A stretch of 64,000 nucleotides of DNA from Herpetosiphon gulosus (GTDB taxonomy: Bacteria > Chloroflexota > Chloroflexia > Chloroflexales > Herpetosiphonaceae), in contig NZ_BAABRU010000004.1 of the NCBI RefSeq assembly GCF_039545135.1, positions 194,427 to 258,426 on the forward strand, given 5' to 3'. A program made the translations under genes and the position numbers. This document shows, piece by piece, positions 20,399 through 29,687 of this stretch; position 1 is the first letter of the stretch, and each line of letters begins with the position of its first letter. The notes beneath the pieces were generated by a model. The model worked only from the letters and a program-made list of their open reading frames with translations, ran no database searches and was not told where the DNA came from.

Positions 20399-21130
20399 AT
20401 GGCCCAATTTGCTGCTGAGTTAATTCAAACGTTGCGCCAAGCTCAATCGTTGGTGGTTTTGACAGGTTCAGGAATTTCGGCTCCCAGCGGAATACCGACC
20501 TATCGCAGTGCCGCCGCCGATGCCCGTTGGACGGCCTATGACCCTGATAAAGTTGCGACATTCGCGGGCTTTGAGCGTGATCCAGTTGGGGTTTTTCAGG
20601 TGTATCAAGCCATGAAACGCCAGTGTGAGCAGGCTCAGCCAAATGCTGGTCATTATGCACTTGCCCAGCTAGAGCAACTAGTTGGGCAATTTAAGCTATT
20701 TACTCAAAATATTGATAGTTTGCATCAACGGGCTGGCTCAAGCCAGGTTTACGAGGTGCATGGCAGTTTGGCTCGAACAATCTGTTCGCGCGAAGGCAAC
20801 TTGGTTGAAACCTGGAATCCTGAGCAGCCAATTTGCCCTAAGTGTGGTACGCCGTTGCGGCCTGATATTGTTTGGTTTGGCGAATTGTTGGATGCAGCAA
20901 TTTTGCAAGCGGCCAAAGCTGCGTTTGATACAAGCGATGTGGCTTTGGTGATTGGCACATCGGCGCTTGTTGAGCCAATTGCTTCGTTGCCACATCGAGC
21001 CTTGCGGCGCAAAAAAACGGTGATTGAAATTAACCCTGATATGCCGTTGCGGGGAATTGCGACTTTTTCGTTGGCAGGCAGCGCTGATGCGGTGTTGCCA
21101 CAATTGATTAAAGAGGTTTGGAAGCTTTAA
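20399..21130 (+). CDS. NAD-dependent protein deacylase, Sir2 family (CobB-like)
   Basis: GSGISAPSGIPTYRS NAD-binding motif, a Cys4 zinc ribbon (CSREG...CPKCG), and GTSALVEPIASLP. Confidence 0.85.
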   Translation: MAQFAAELIQTLRQAQSLVVLTGSGISAPSGIPTYRSAAADARWTAYDPDKVATFAGFERDPVGVFQVYQAMKRQCEQAQPNAGHYALAQLEQLVGQFKLFTQNIDSLHQRAGSSQVYEVHGSLARTICSREGNLVETWNPEQPICPKCGTPLRPDIVWFGELLDAAILQAAKAAFDTSDVALVIGTSALVEPIASLPHRALRRKKTVIEINPDMPLRGIATFSLAGSADAVLPQLIKEVWKL

Positions 21131-21133
21131 ATG

Positions 21134-21173
21134 CCCTCACCCCAACCCCTCTCCCGCTGCGGCAGGCGAGGGG
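21134..21173. repeat. REP-like GC-rich palindromic unit (CCCTCACCCCAACCCCTCTCCCGCTGCGGCAGGCGAGGGG), copy 1, at a convergent gene junction
   Basis: Same about 41-nt unit recurs at 26907-26947 (reverse orientation) and twice at 38139-38249. Confidence 0.6.
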
Positions 21174-21252
21174 CCTTGCTTATGTTTTTAGGCTGCTCTG
21201 CGCTTTGTGTCCTTCGTGTCCTTTGTGGATCAATCTGCTCCCCAAATGTTGG

Positions 21253-22026
21253 TTATTGCTGCCACCAACGCACAATCGGCCCTAAAATGTGATCAAAGCG
21301 GCGATTGACTGAGGCAGTGCCCTGCAAAATTGGCTGAAAGTTGGCAAGTTCTTGCTGATTCCAATCGTCACGTAGTTGATCGGCGGCACGAGTTAGGTTG
21401 GTTGCTAATTGCGGTTGCAGCTGTTCACGGGTGGTGTCGGCATCAATCCAGGTTGGCTCGCCGCACCGAATTAAGGCAACTGGCCGTTGTTCGCCAGCAA
21501 ATTCGTAGCGCAAGGCGATTGGCAAACACCACAAATTTCCTGTGCGAGTAGCAATATCGGCAACCCCACGAAAAAGTTGGAGCGGACGACGATCTGGCGG
21601 TATAATCTGACCCTGCGGAAAGATCCAAACTAAAGACTGTTTTTGTTGGAGCAGGCTGCTGGCGTAGCGAATTGAGCGCAAGGCTTCGCGTGGTTCTTGG
21701 CGATTAACCGAGAAACAGCCGCACCAACGAAAGAAGAAATAGCGGGCCAACTGGGCTTCTTCCATCATTAAATAGTGGCGGCGTAGGTAGATAGAACGAA
21801 ATAGCTCGAACGCCAAATGCCCATCCCACCAGCTTGTATGGGTTACATAGGCCAAAATTGGCTCGCGACTACGCAAAATGTCAGCGGTTGACCCAACATT
21901 CAGCAATACTTGATCAAAGGTTTTGCGCAATGCAGGCCGAATCAAGGCCCGATAAACCAACCAAGCACCCAAGCGATTCGGTTGGGCTGGCAAACGTGGT
22001 TGATTCTTGCTAGGGCTTGGTGGCAT
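21253..22026 (-). CDS. Lysophospholipid/1-acyl-glycerol-3-phosphate acyltransferase family protein (PlsC-like)
   Basis: HxxxxD acyltransferase motif (VTHTSWWDGHL) and a PQG-type motif IFPQGQI. Confidence 0.7.
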   Translation of the reverse strand: MPPSPSKNQPRLPAQPNRLGAWLVYRALIRPALRKTFDQVLLNVGSTADILRSREPILAYVTHTSWWDGHLAFELFRSIYLRRHYLMMEEAQLARYFFFRWCGCFSVNRQEPREALRSIRYASSLLQQKQSLVWIFPQGQIIPPDRRPLQLFRGVADIATRTGNLWCLPIALRYEFAGEQRPVALIRCGEPTWIDADTTREQLQPQLATNLTRAADQLRDDWNQQELANFQPILQGTASVNRRFDHILGPIVRWWQQ

Positions 22027-22087
22027 AATTAAGCTCTCATACTAGTGACAATCTGTCCAAATAGTAGCATAGCTAAAGGAGCCTGGA

Positions 22088-23437
22088 ATGGCTAGCGAAC
22101 GGGTGATCGTGATTGGAGCCGTCGCCGCCGGAACGAGTGCTGCTGCCAAGGCCAAACGCACAAATCCCGATTTAGATATTTGCGTGTATGGCCGCGAAGC
22201 CCATGTTTCCTACTCTGCTTGTGGGTTGCCCTATTTGATTAGCGGAGCAGTGGCTGATTATCAAGCCTTAATTGCCCGCACTCCAGCCCAATTTGCTCGC
22301 GATGGCGTAACCGTCAAAACCGAACATGAAGTAATCGATCTTGATGTGGCGGCAGGGCGAGTGACTGTGCGCGATTTGGCTAACAATAGTACGTTCCACG
22401 ATCATTTTGATCGTTTGGTGATCGCAACTGGCGCAAGGGTCAATTGTCCACCAGTACGAGGGATTGAACTACAGGGGGTCTTTCGGTTACGCTCAATGCA
22501 TGATGGTTTAGCAATTCAAACCTACATTAGCCAACAGCAACCAAAACAGGCGGTCGTGGTTGGCGCTGGCTATATTGGGCTAGAAATGGCCGAGGCCTTG
22601 CTCGATCGTGGGATTGGCGTAACCTTGGTCAATCGCAGCAAAACCGTGTTAAGCTCACTTGATAATGATATGAGCAGCCAGATTATCAGCCGACTTGAAG
22701 CTGCGGGCGTGCAATTGGCGCTTGGTTGTGGCTTGGAAGGCCTCGAAGGTAAGGCCGATAAAGTAACCCATGTGGTTGCTGGAGGTCGCGATATCCCTGC
22801 CGAATTGGTGATTATCGCGACTGGAGTGCAGCCAAATAGCGAATTAGCGCAAAGTTGTGGCGCTGAGCTTGGCGATTATGGTGCAATCAAAATCGACCAA
22901 TTAGGCCGTACTAGCGTCGATAGGGTGTATGCCGCTGGCGATTGCAGTACCGTTGATCATCGAATTCTGAATAAGCCCGTGTATTTACCACTGGGCACGA
23001 CTGCTAATAAACAAGGTCGGACGCTTGGAGCCTATCTCGCAGGCCACGAGCGCCCATTTCGCGGAGTTGTGGGCACAGCAGTCACCAAATTTGCTGATTT
23101 ACATATTGCCGCAACTGGATTAAGTGTTGAGCAAGCTCTCCGCCATGGCTACCATGTTCGTAGCAAAATCATCCATTCAACCGATCATGCGGGGTACTAC
23201 CCCAATGCTCGGCCAATAACGGTTAAGTTGGTTGCTGATGCAGCCGACGGCACATTGTTGGGTGGCCAAATTATTGGCTACGACGATGTAGCAAAGCGGG
23301 TTGATGTGGTAGCGGTGGCACTCGCGGGAAGAATGACGGTAGATGAGTTTGCTTGGCAAGACCTGAGTTATGCACCCCCATTTTCATCGGTGTGGGACCC
23401 ACTGTTGGTTGCTGCCCAAGCATTGGCTAAAGGCTAA
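22088..23437 (+). CDS. FAD-dependent pyridine nucleotide-disulfide oxidoreductase, CoA-disulfide reductase/NADH oxidase family
   Basis: GAVAAGTSAAAKA FAD motif, active-site Cys in SYSACGLPY, and a second Rossmann VVVGAGYIGLEMAEA. Confidence 0.8.
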   Translation: MASERVIVIGAVAAGTSAAAKAKRTNPDLDICVYGREAHVSYSACGLPYLISGAVADYQALIARTPAQFARDGVTVKTEHEVIDLDVAAGRVTVRDLANNSTFHDHFDRLVIATGARVNCPPVRGIELQGVFRLRSMHDGLAIQTYISQQQPKQAVVVGAGYIGLEMAEALLDRGIGVTLVNRSKTVLSSLDNDMSSQIISRLEAAGVQLALGCGLEGLEGKADKVTHVVAGGRDIPAELVIIATGVQPNSELAQSCGAELGDYGAIKIDQLGRTSVDRVYAAGDCSTVDHRILNKPVYLPLGTTANKQGRTLGAYLAGHERPFRGVVGTAVTKFADLHIAATGLSVEQALRHGYHVRSKIIHSTDHAGYYPNARPITVKLVADAADGTLLGGQIIGYDDVAKRVDVVAVALAGRMTVDEFAWQDLSYAPPFSSVWDPLLVAAQALAKG

Positions 23438-23439
23438 GC

Positions 23440-24180
23440 TTGAAAGGACATTCTGTGAGCATCGAAACGCTTTTTGCCCATGCCCGTGCCGCCATAAGCA
23501 CTGGCCGGAAGGAGGAGGGGCGCAGCTTATTAATTTCAATTATTCATGAAGACCCCGATTTTGCGCCAGCGTGGCTCTGGCTCAGCGGGGTTTTGGAGGA
23601 GCCAGAAAAACGCCGCGATTGTTTGCAACGGGTGCTTGAACTTGAGCCAACCAATGAAGCCGCGCTCATGGGCTTAGAGTTTTTGCGCTTGCAAGTCGTT
23701 GTTGATCAAACGCCACCAACTCCGCCGGTTGAAAAATCAGTCGCAGTGGTTAAGCGTTTGGGCGAATATTTGGTTGAGCAAAAGTTTATTAAGCAAATCC
23801 AACTTGATGCTGCTTTAAGCGAGCAGGCCCAAGAAGCGCGTTATGGCCGCATCGTGCCGCTCGGCGATATTTTGTTGCGGCGGCGTTGGCTCACCACCCA
23901 AGCGCTCGGCAAGGTTTTGGAAGTGCAAAAAATGGCGCGTGCTCAGGGTGGCCACGCCAGCACAATCAATCGACTGGGCGAACATTTGATTGAGCAAGGC
24001 CTGATCACGCGGACGCAGCTGAATCAAGTAATTGCCCGTCAAGCCGATTTGAAGGTACGCGGCCAGAATTTCCAGGTTGGTGAGTTGTTGGTGCTTTCGG
24101 GCATGCTCTCGCGCAATCAATTGCAACAAGCAATCGATGAGCAGCAACATACCTTTATGAACGAGTTACCCCAACGCTAG
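23440..24180 (+). CDS. Protein with an N-terminal TPR-like region and two MshEN/T2SSE_N-like domains (candidate c-di-GMP receptor)
   Basis: Two copies of the RLGEYLVEQKFI..QL / RLGEHLIEQGLITRTQL pattern that resemble the GspE/MshE N-terminal domain consensus. Confidence 0.5.
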   Translation: MKGHSVSIETLFAHARAAISTGRKEEGRSLLISIIHEDPDFAPAWLWLSGVLEEPEKRRDCLQRVLELEPTNEAALMGLEFLRLQVVVDQTPPTPPVEKSVAVVKRLGEYLVEQKFIKQIQLDAALSEQAQEARYGRIVPLGDILLRRRWLTTQALGKVLEVQKMARAQGGHASTINRLGEHLIEQGLITRTQLNQVIARQADLKVRGQNFQVGELLVLSGMLSRNQLQQAIDEQQHTFMNELPQR

Positions 24181-24333
24181 CTTTCCTGGTGTCGCAACAT
24201 TATTTTGATTCTTCGCTTCCAACGCGACCCAAAAGCTCGTTATAATACGACAGCATGGTGCAAGCCATGCTGTTTGTTCATTCAGCGCAAGCATCTGGGC
24301 CTCGGCTGAGATGGTTGTGAGGCAGCGAGCCAG

Positions 24334-26073
24334 ATGAATTTGCTTGTGCCATTGGGTTTAATTGGCTTAATTGCCTTGCCGATCATCGTGGTATTGCATA
24401 TGGTGCGTCAGCGCCGCCAACGGGTACGCATTCCGACGATTCGGCTGTGGGCGGCATTAACCCCACCACCTGAGCGCCAACAACGCACCTTGCCCTTAAC
24501 CTTGCTGTTGGCTTTGCATTTGCTGGTCGCTACTTGTTTGGCCTTGAGCCTAGCCCAACCTGCTTGGATTTTTGGAGCCGCTGCGCCGCGCCACCTCGTG
24601 ATTATTCTCGACACTACCTCTAGCATGGCCGCCAATCGCTCATTTACCCAAGCTCAACAACAAACCGATGATTTGATTAATGATTTGGGACGTGATGATA
24701 GCCTGGCGATTGTTGAGCTAAATCATGAAGCTCGTTTACTTGGTTATGGTGGTTATGCTGAACGCCAACAACTACGCCAAATTGTGGCCGAGCTGGCTCC
24801 CGCTGGTAATAATGCTAACTTGGCCCAATCGCTGAGCATTGCCAATGCCACCCTCGCCAACGATCGCCAAAACCAGTTGATTGTGCTGAGCGATGGCGCT
24901 TTGCCTGCCAACAGCACGCCATTATCGGTTGCCGCCGAATTAGAGTGGCGCATGCTGGGCGAAAGCACCGCTAACAGTGGCATTGTTAATTTTGCTAGCC
25001 GCCGCTTGCCCAACCAACGCAATGCCCTGTATGCCCGTGTGACCAATTTTAGTGATTTGCCCGCTGCCCGCACCTTGACTCTTTTGGTTGATGGCGAGGT
25101 TGAATCGGAGCAAAATCTGGTGATTCAGCCTGGTGGCAGCGAGGAGCGCACTTGGGAAGTAGCCAACGGCGAGCTGGCCGAATTGGAGCTTAGCCCTAAC
25201 GATGGTTATACGCTTGACGATCGGGCGGTGCTTGCACTCAGTCGCTCTGGCTCGTTGCGAGTTCATTTGGCCACATTAACGCCCTCGCCACTGGAACGCA
25301 TGCTGCGCAGTTTGCCGAATATCGAGCTAAGCGTTGGCTCAACCGTCAGCAACCAACGGGTAGATTTGACCGTGTTGAATGGAGTTTTACCGCAGCAATT
25401 GCCAACCAGCGCATTGTTGATTGTCAATCCGCCGAGCGACCCACGCTTGCCAACCCAAGACAGTGTTTTAGGTGAGCAGGCTAGCAGCGCTGTCTTGGAT
25501 GCCGATTTTGCTGGTATCGACCTTTCGAGTGTGCAATGGGGTGGTCGTCGCCCGATCAACCGTGATGAGATTCCAGCAGGCTTGAATAGTGTGATCGAAA
25601 CTGATACTCAGTCGCCCTTGGTGCTGCGTGGCACGTGGCAAGAGCATGCCACCATCGTTTGGCTGTTTAATTTGGATAATGCTAACCTCAGTGCAAAATT
25701 GGCCTTTCCCTTATTAACAGCGGCTAGCATCGCCAACTTAACAGGCGGATCACTGCCTGAGCAACTGGCGGCGGGCAGTTTTGCCCCCAACACACCGCTA
25801 ACCCGCCCTGATGGCGAGGCTCAAGCACTCGATCAGCGCCTGAATCAAGCGGGTTTGTATCGGGTCGTTGGGAGTAATCGTGGCGGGATTGCAGTCAACT
25901 TTGGTGATCCACAAGAGTCAAATCTGCAACAACAAACCCAACCAATGATTAGCCAAAGCCCGCAACCTGAGGGCGATCGCTTGCCGCCTCAAGGCACGCC
26001 ATTATGGCCGCTGCTGGTTGGTTTGGCCTTGGTCGCCTTGATTTTTGAATGGTGGTATAGCTTTCGCTCATAG
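24334..26073 (+). CDS. BatA-like membrane protein with vWA domain (N-terminal double-TM, C-terminal TM)
   Basis: N-terminus MNLLVPLGLIGLIALPIIVVLHMVRQRRQRVRIPTIRLW is typical of BatA N-terminal double-TM proteins. It has a central vWA-like DxTxS (ILDTTSSM) and a C-terminal hydrophobic segment. Confidence 0.65.
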   Translation: MNLLVPLGLIGLIALPIIVVLHMVRQRRQRVRIPTIRLWAALTPPPERQQRTLPLTLLLALHLLVATCLALSLAQPAWIFGAAAPRHLVIILDTTSSMAANRSFTQAQQQTDDLINDLGRDDSLAIVELNHEARLLGYGGYAERQQLRQIVAELAPAGNNANLAQSLSIANATLANDRQNQLIVLSDGALPANSTPLSVAAELEWRMLGESTANSGIVNFASRRLPNQRNALYARVTNFSDLPAARTLTLLVDGEVESEQNLVIQPGGSEERTWEVANGELAELELSPNDGYTLDDRAVLALSRSGSLRVHLATLTPSPLERMLRSLPNIELSVGSTVSNQRVDLTVLNGVLPQQLPTSALLIVNPPSDPRLPTQDSVLGEQASSAVLDADFAGIDLSSVQWGGRRPINRDEIPAGLNSVIETDTQSPLVLRGTWQEHATIVWLFNLDNANLSAKLAFPLLTAASIANLTGGSLPEQLAAGSFAPNTPLTRPDGEAQALDQRLNQAGLYRVVGSNRGGIAVNFGDPQESNLQQQTQPMISQSPQPEGDRLPPQGTPLWPLLVGLALVALIFEWWYSFRS

Positions 26074-26096
26074 CATGTGCTTGAAGGAGTAGCTCA

Positions 26097-26855
26097 ATGA
26101 TCGATAATCGTCAGCGATTCAGCAATCGGGTGGCCGATTATGTACAGTTTCGCCCAAATTACCCTAGCGAAATATTCGTGCCCTTGCAACAACACCATGG
26201 CTTTGGCCAAAACTCAGTCGTGGCCGATATTGGAGCGGGCACGGGGATTTGGAGTGAGCAACTGCTCCAGCATGGGGCAACTGTCTATGCAATTGAACCC
26301 AACGCACCGATGCGTGAAGCCAGCTTGCAACTTACCGAGCGTTATCCCACATTTCAAGCTGTTGATGGCAGTGCCGAAACCACTGGTTTGGCCGATCAGA
26401 GCGTCAATTGGATCACGGCGGCTCAAGCATTTCACTGGTTCGAACCACAAGCAACCCGCCGCGAATGGCAACGAATTTTACGACCTGAGGGCTGGGTAGG
26501 CTTAATTTGGAACCAACGTTCGCTTGATGGCACAGCGTTTTTACAGCAATACGAAGCACTATTACACCAATTTGGCAGTGATTATGCCACCGTCAAACAT
26601 ACCAACATCGAACCGCAACGGATTGCCGATTTCTTTGGCAACCAACCAGCTTGCTACACCGCCCAAAACGCCCAATATTTTGATCAAGCTGGCTTGTTGG
26701 GTCGGGCATTTTCCTCGTCGTACACGCCCACGCCTGAACAACCCAATTATCAACTGCTACGCCAAGGCCTGATTGAGGCTTGGAAAGAGCATCAGGTTGC
26801 AGGCAAAGTGGCCTTTTTATACACAACCACGGTGTACGTCGGGCGGTTTAGCTAG
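26097..26855 (+). CDS. Class I SAM-dependent methyltransferase
   Basis: Motif I VADIGAGTGIWS, plus motif II/III spacing typical of the Methyltransf_11/25 family. Confidence 0.75.
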   Translation: MIDNRQRFSNRVADYVQFRPNYPSEIFVPLQQHHGFGQNSVVADIGAGTGIWSEQLLQHGATVYAIEPNAPMREASLQLTERYPTFQAVDGSAETTGLADQSVNWITAAQAFHWFEPQATRREWQRILRPEGWVGLIWNQRSLDGTAFLQQYEALLHQFGSDYATVKHTNIEPQRIADFFGNQPACYTAQNAQYFDQAGLLGRAFSSSYTPTPEQPNYQLLRQGLIEAWKEHQVAGKVAFLYTTTVYVGRFS

Positions 26856-26906
26856 ATTAACTGTAATATTGTTCCCTGTTCTTCTAGCCTACTACATATC
26901 CAAAAG

Positions 26907-26947
26907 CCCCTCGCCCGCCGCAGTGGGAGAGGGGTTGGGGGTGAGGG
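26907..26947. repeat. REP-like GC-rich palindromic unit, copy 2 (reverse orientation), between a convergent gene pair at the end of the cmr operon
   Basis: CCCCTCGCCCGCCGCAGTGGGAGAGGGGTTGGGGGTGAGGG is the reverse complement of the unit at 21134. Confidence 0.6.
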
Positions 26948-26962
26948 AATTCAACCAATCAG

Positions 26963-27352
26963 CTACAGTTTGGGAATCCGGCGAGTGCGGGCGACTTGAC
27001 GGATTGCATCCAAATTGCAAATCTCGCCTACCTCAAAAACGGTTGGAGTGGTATTAGGAATAGGGCGCATATTGATGATTGGCATAAAATAGCCGGAGCG
27101 CCCATGCAACTCAGCGATGACCGCCAAGGCCAATGGAGCCAAGCCTGGCGGATTGATAATAATTGGGATGGTTTGCCAATCGGCGGTTTTTAAGCCAACG
27201 CTTTCAATCAAATCGTAAGCGACCTCAGCCAAAGGCCGCATGCGGCTAACTTGGGTATCGACAAAGCGAATTTCGGGGGTTTCATCGACAAGCGCTACAA
27301 CTTGTGCAAACTGTTTATCAGTCAATGGATGGGCAAAGTTAATCAGAAGCAT
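26963..27352 (-). CDS. Small uncharacterised protein (129 aa), terminal gene of the cmr operon; possible type III accessory (Csx15/Csx16-size class; family not verified)
   Basis: Same strand, 34 nt downstream of the CARF-nuclease gene, and followed directly by the REP terminator element. No motif I can assign. Confidence 0.4.
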   Translation of the reverse strand: MLLINFAHPLTDKQFAQVVALVDETPEIRFVDTQVSRMRPLAEVAYDLIESVGLKTADWQTIPIIINPPGLAPLALAVIAELHGRSGYFMPIINMRPIPNTTPTVFEVGEICNLDAIRQVARTRRIPKL

Positions 27353-27386
27353 AGCTGTTCCTTTGTTAAATTCTACTCGAATAGTA

Positions 27387-28241
27387 TCACTTAATAATAT
27401 TTAATATTTTTGCTTTAGAATCTTCATCTATAGTAGAGCCATCAAAATTAACTGAAAGAATTTGTACATTTGATGCATCTGCAAGGGCTAATTGGGATTT
27501 CCCGGGGTTTTCCGTAATAATCAGTATTTTATTCGAATAAATACCTAAGTGTAAACCTGTTGTATTAAGTTGTCTTATACCTTCAATTTTCTTACCTTTT
27601 TCTCCAAATTTCACTTCAATAATTCCAAAATGATTACCCCTACGATAAATGACATCTAAATCTATCTGCCCTGAGAAAGACCGTACAGCTGATAAAATTT
27701 CGATATTATTTTCTTCCAATATATCTATAACTGCTTGTTCAAAAGGCTCTTTTGCTTGCTCGATAGACCAATTTCCTAAACCTAACTGAACATCTAGCCA
27801 ATCCTCTAGGGTTATACAAGGTGGTATAGAAGTTTCTTGTACTAGATGAAATTCAAAATCTTTCCAATCATATGTATACAATTTACTTTTGCCTGCTTCG
27901 CTCTCAAGATAAACCACAGGAAAGTTAAATTTCCGTGCCACTTGGGAAGCAGCAAATGACATCGGTTTTGTTCCACCAGTAACATTAAAGTAAAGCTCAT
28001 TACCTTCTTTCAGATTAGCAATACTTTCCTCTATCTGTCGGGTAATCTTTGGGATATCGTAAGAATCTGTACATATAATTTCAGTTTCAATATTTTTTGA
28101 CTTTAGAAGTGCTGCCGTATTATGAGCTTTTTTAACTGTTCCATCAGTATAAATAAGCAATGCTAAATCTGGTTCGAGGTGATAGATAGGAATAAGGTTC
28201 GGCAAAGGTTGTGCCCCAACTAGGGATAAAAGAATTTTCAT
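27387..28241 (-). CDS. CARF-domain protein with C-terminal PD-(D/E)xK-like nuclease motif (Card1/Can2-like cOA-activated effector)
   Basis: N-terminus MKILLSLVGAQPLPNLIPI is typical of CARF Rossmann starts in Card1/Can2/Csm6. C-terminus IDLDV-x12-IIEVKFGEK fits D...ExK spacing. RBS AAGGAG is present. The gene is AT-rich (about 33% GC) relative to neighbouring cmr genes. Confidence 0.6.
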   Translation of the reverse strand: MKILLSLVGAQPLPNLIPIYHLEPDLALLIYTDGTVKKAHNTAALLKSKNIETEIICTDSYDIPKITRQIEESIANLKEGNELYFNVTGGTKPMSFAASQVARKFNFPVVYLESEAGKSKLYTYDWKDFEFHLVQETSIPPCITLEDWLDVQLGLGNWSIEQAKEPFEQAVIDILEENNIEILSAVRSFSGQIDLDVIYRRGNHFGIIEVKFGEKGKKIEGIRQLNTTGLHLGIYSNKILIITENPGKSQLALADASNVQILSVNFDGSTIDEDSKAKILNIIK

Positions 28242-28307
28242 CGATGACTCCTTAAGTGAAAATAAAAATTAATGAAGAACCTTTTCAATTCATCATTAAA
28301 ATCGCTC

Positions 28308-29216
28308 TTATTTTTTATTCAAACGTTGAAGTAGGGCTTCGATTTGTTGCTCGCTCTTACACATTTCCCCAAGCTCCATCCGACCATAGCCACTTGATGT
28401 TTTGGCTCCAATGCCCATATGCGTAAGGCCATTAGCGAGCAAGGTGCGGGCGGCATTACACCAATTAGGGTCTCCGCTGAGTGCCACTAAATAGTGACCA
28501 GTTGCGCTCAGAAACGGAATAATCGTTGGACTATCCCAGTCGGCTGGCGGGGTTGAATTGCCTTGATAATACGTAGGATGATGTACAGTAATCACATCGG
28601 AATGTAAGGGACCGCCAGCTTGGGCCGTACCAGGAATATACAAGGCATCGTAAAAGCTGACACAGCCACTTAGCTCGGTTGTGCCAAATAATTCGCGATG
28701 AAATTCGCCGCCTTTGGCCCACTTTGGTGTAGCGCCATCTTCAGCTATGCCTTGACCAAGGCGTTGATGGGCAAAACTTGAGGCCAAGCCTTTCAAGCCA
28801 CTGCCTGGAATGTAAGGCAAGCCATAGGTGCGCTGCAAGGCGATTGAGTTTTCGAGCACACTCTCGGCTCCCAGCCCTACGACCATACGACCCTCGACTT
28901 TCGCCTTCAATAAACAAATATCGGGAATCTCCTTTAACGTGTTCAACCAACGGGTAAAAAATGCTCGATAGAGGTTTAATACTGGTTCTTTTCTGGCAAT
29001 CTGCGAACCTCTACAAAAATGTTCAGTTAATGGATTATCTGATGTGCATTCATCAGGTTTAACTGTAGATCCTCGGCCTAGTGCATTATTCGGACGTTGC
29101 TGATTTGCTTTATTTTCAGGATCGGGCTGTTGGGGCAAATAGCGGTCAAGCCATAAGCCTGCATGGGCTACGTTGTCTACTGTGACGTTATTTAGCCTAT
29201 CACGCCGACTATTCAT
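28308..29216 (-). CDS. cmr6: Cmr6 (type III-B Cas7-family RAMP)
   Basis: N-terminal AHAGLWLDRYL motif and G-rich loop GLPYIPGSGLKGLASS, both characteristic of Cmr6. Confidence 0.8.
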   Translation of the reverse strand: MNSRRDRLNNVTVDNVAHAGLWLDRYLPQQPDPENKANQQRPNNALGRGSTVKPDECTSDNPLTEHFCRGSQIARKEPVLNLYRAFFTRWLNTLKEIPDICLLKAKVEGRMVVGLGAESVLENSIALQRTYGLPYIPGSGLKGLASSFAHQRLGQGIAEDGATPKWAKGGEFHRELFGTTELSGCVSFYDALYIPGTAQAGGPLHSDVITVHHPTYYQGNSTPPADWDSPTIIPFLSATGHYLVALSGDPNWCNAARTLLANGLTHMGIGAKTSSGYGRMELGEMCKSEQQIEALLQRLNKK

Positions 29217-29230
29217 AAATACCTCGATGC

Positions 29231-29677
29231 TTATTGAATTGAATCAGTTGACTTAATATCAAGAATGCTTTGGGCAAAACGCTTGTACCAAAGTAATGCA
29301 TCTAAGATTTGCTGGGTACGATACATATAATCGGCTAGTTCTAATTTAGCGATGTTAGCAGCAAACTCTTGAGCTTTACAGGTAAAGCCAATGGTTATGG
29401 CAAGATGCTTTAGAAATAGGTTGATCTCTGGCTTGTCGCGTGATTGGGCGAATGCTAAAGCTTGAACTAAACCAGCACTTCTAATTAAGATTGGTAATTT
29501 ATGCGCCATCGAGCCATATACATTGCGACTGGTTTGGTGTTCTATGGCGATTTGCCTAACCTTTTCTCCCTTTGATCTAATATCTAACTCAGGATATTTT
29601 TGTAAAACTATTTCAATATGACCATGAGCCGATTTTGCATAATCTTGATCACGAGTTTGAAAGACTGGGTTACTCAT
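29231..29677 (-). CDS. cmr5: Cmr5 (type III-B small subunit, Cas11 family)
   Basis: 148-aa all-helical protein positioned between cmr4 and cmr6, with an LPILIRSAGLVQALAF core resembling Cmr5. Confidence 0.65.
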   Translation of the reverse strand: MSNPVFQTRDQDYAKSAHGHIEIVLQKYPELDIRSKGEKVRQIAIEHQTSRNVYGSMAHKLPILIRSAGLVQALAFAQSRDKPEINLFLKHLAITIGFTCKAQEFAANIAKLELADYMYRTQQILDALLWYKRFAQSILDIKSTDSIQ

Positions 29678-29687
29678 TATGCTGCTC

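Noticed and set aside
20399-21130. Sir2-domain protein next to the mini-array as a possible defense effector (Thoeris/DSR-like)
   Set aside because: It has the canonical sirtuin zinc ribbon and CobB-like size and motifs. It has no N-terminal fusion (SLOG/TM/DSR) and its GC content is host-like. It is most simply a housekeeping deacylase.
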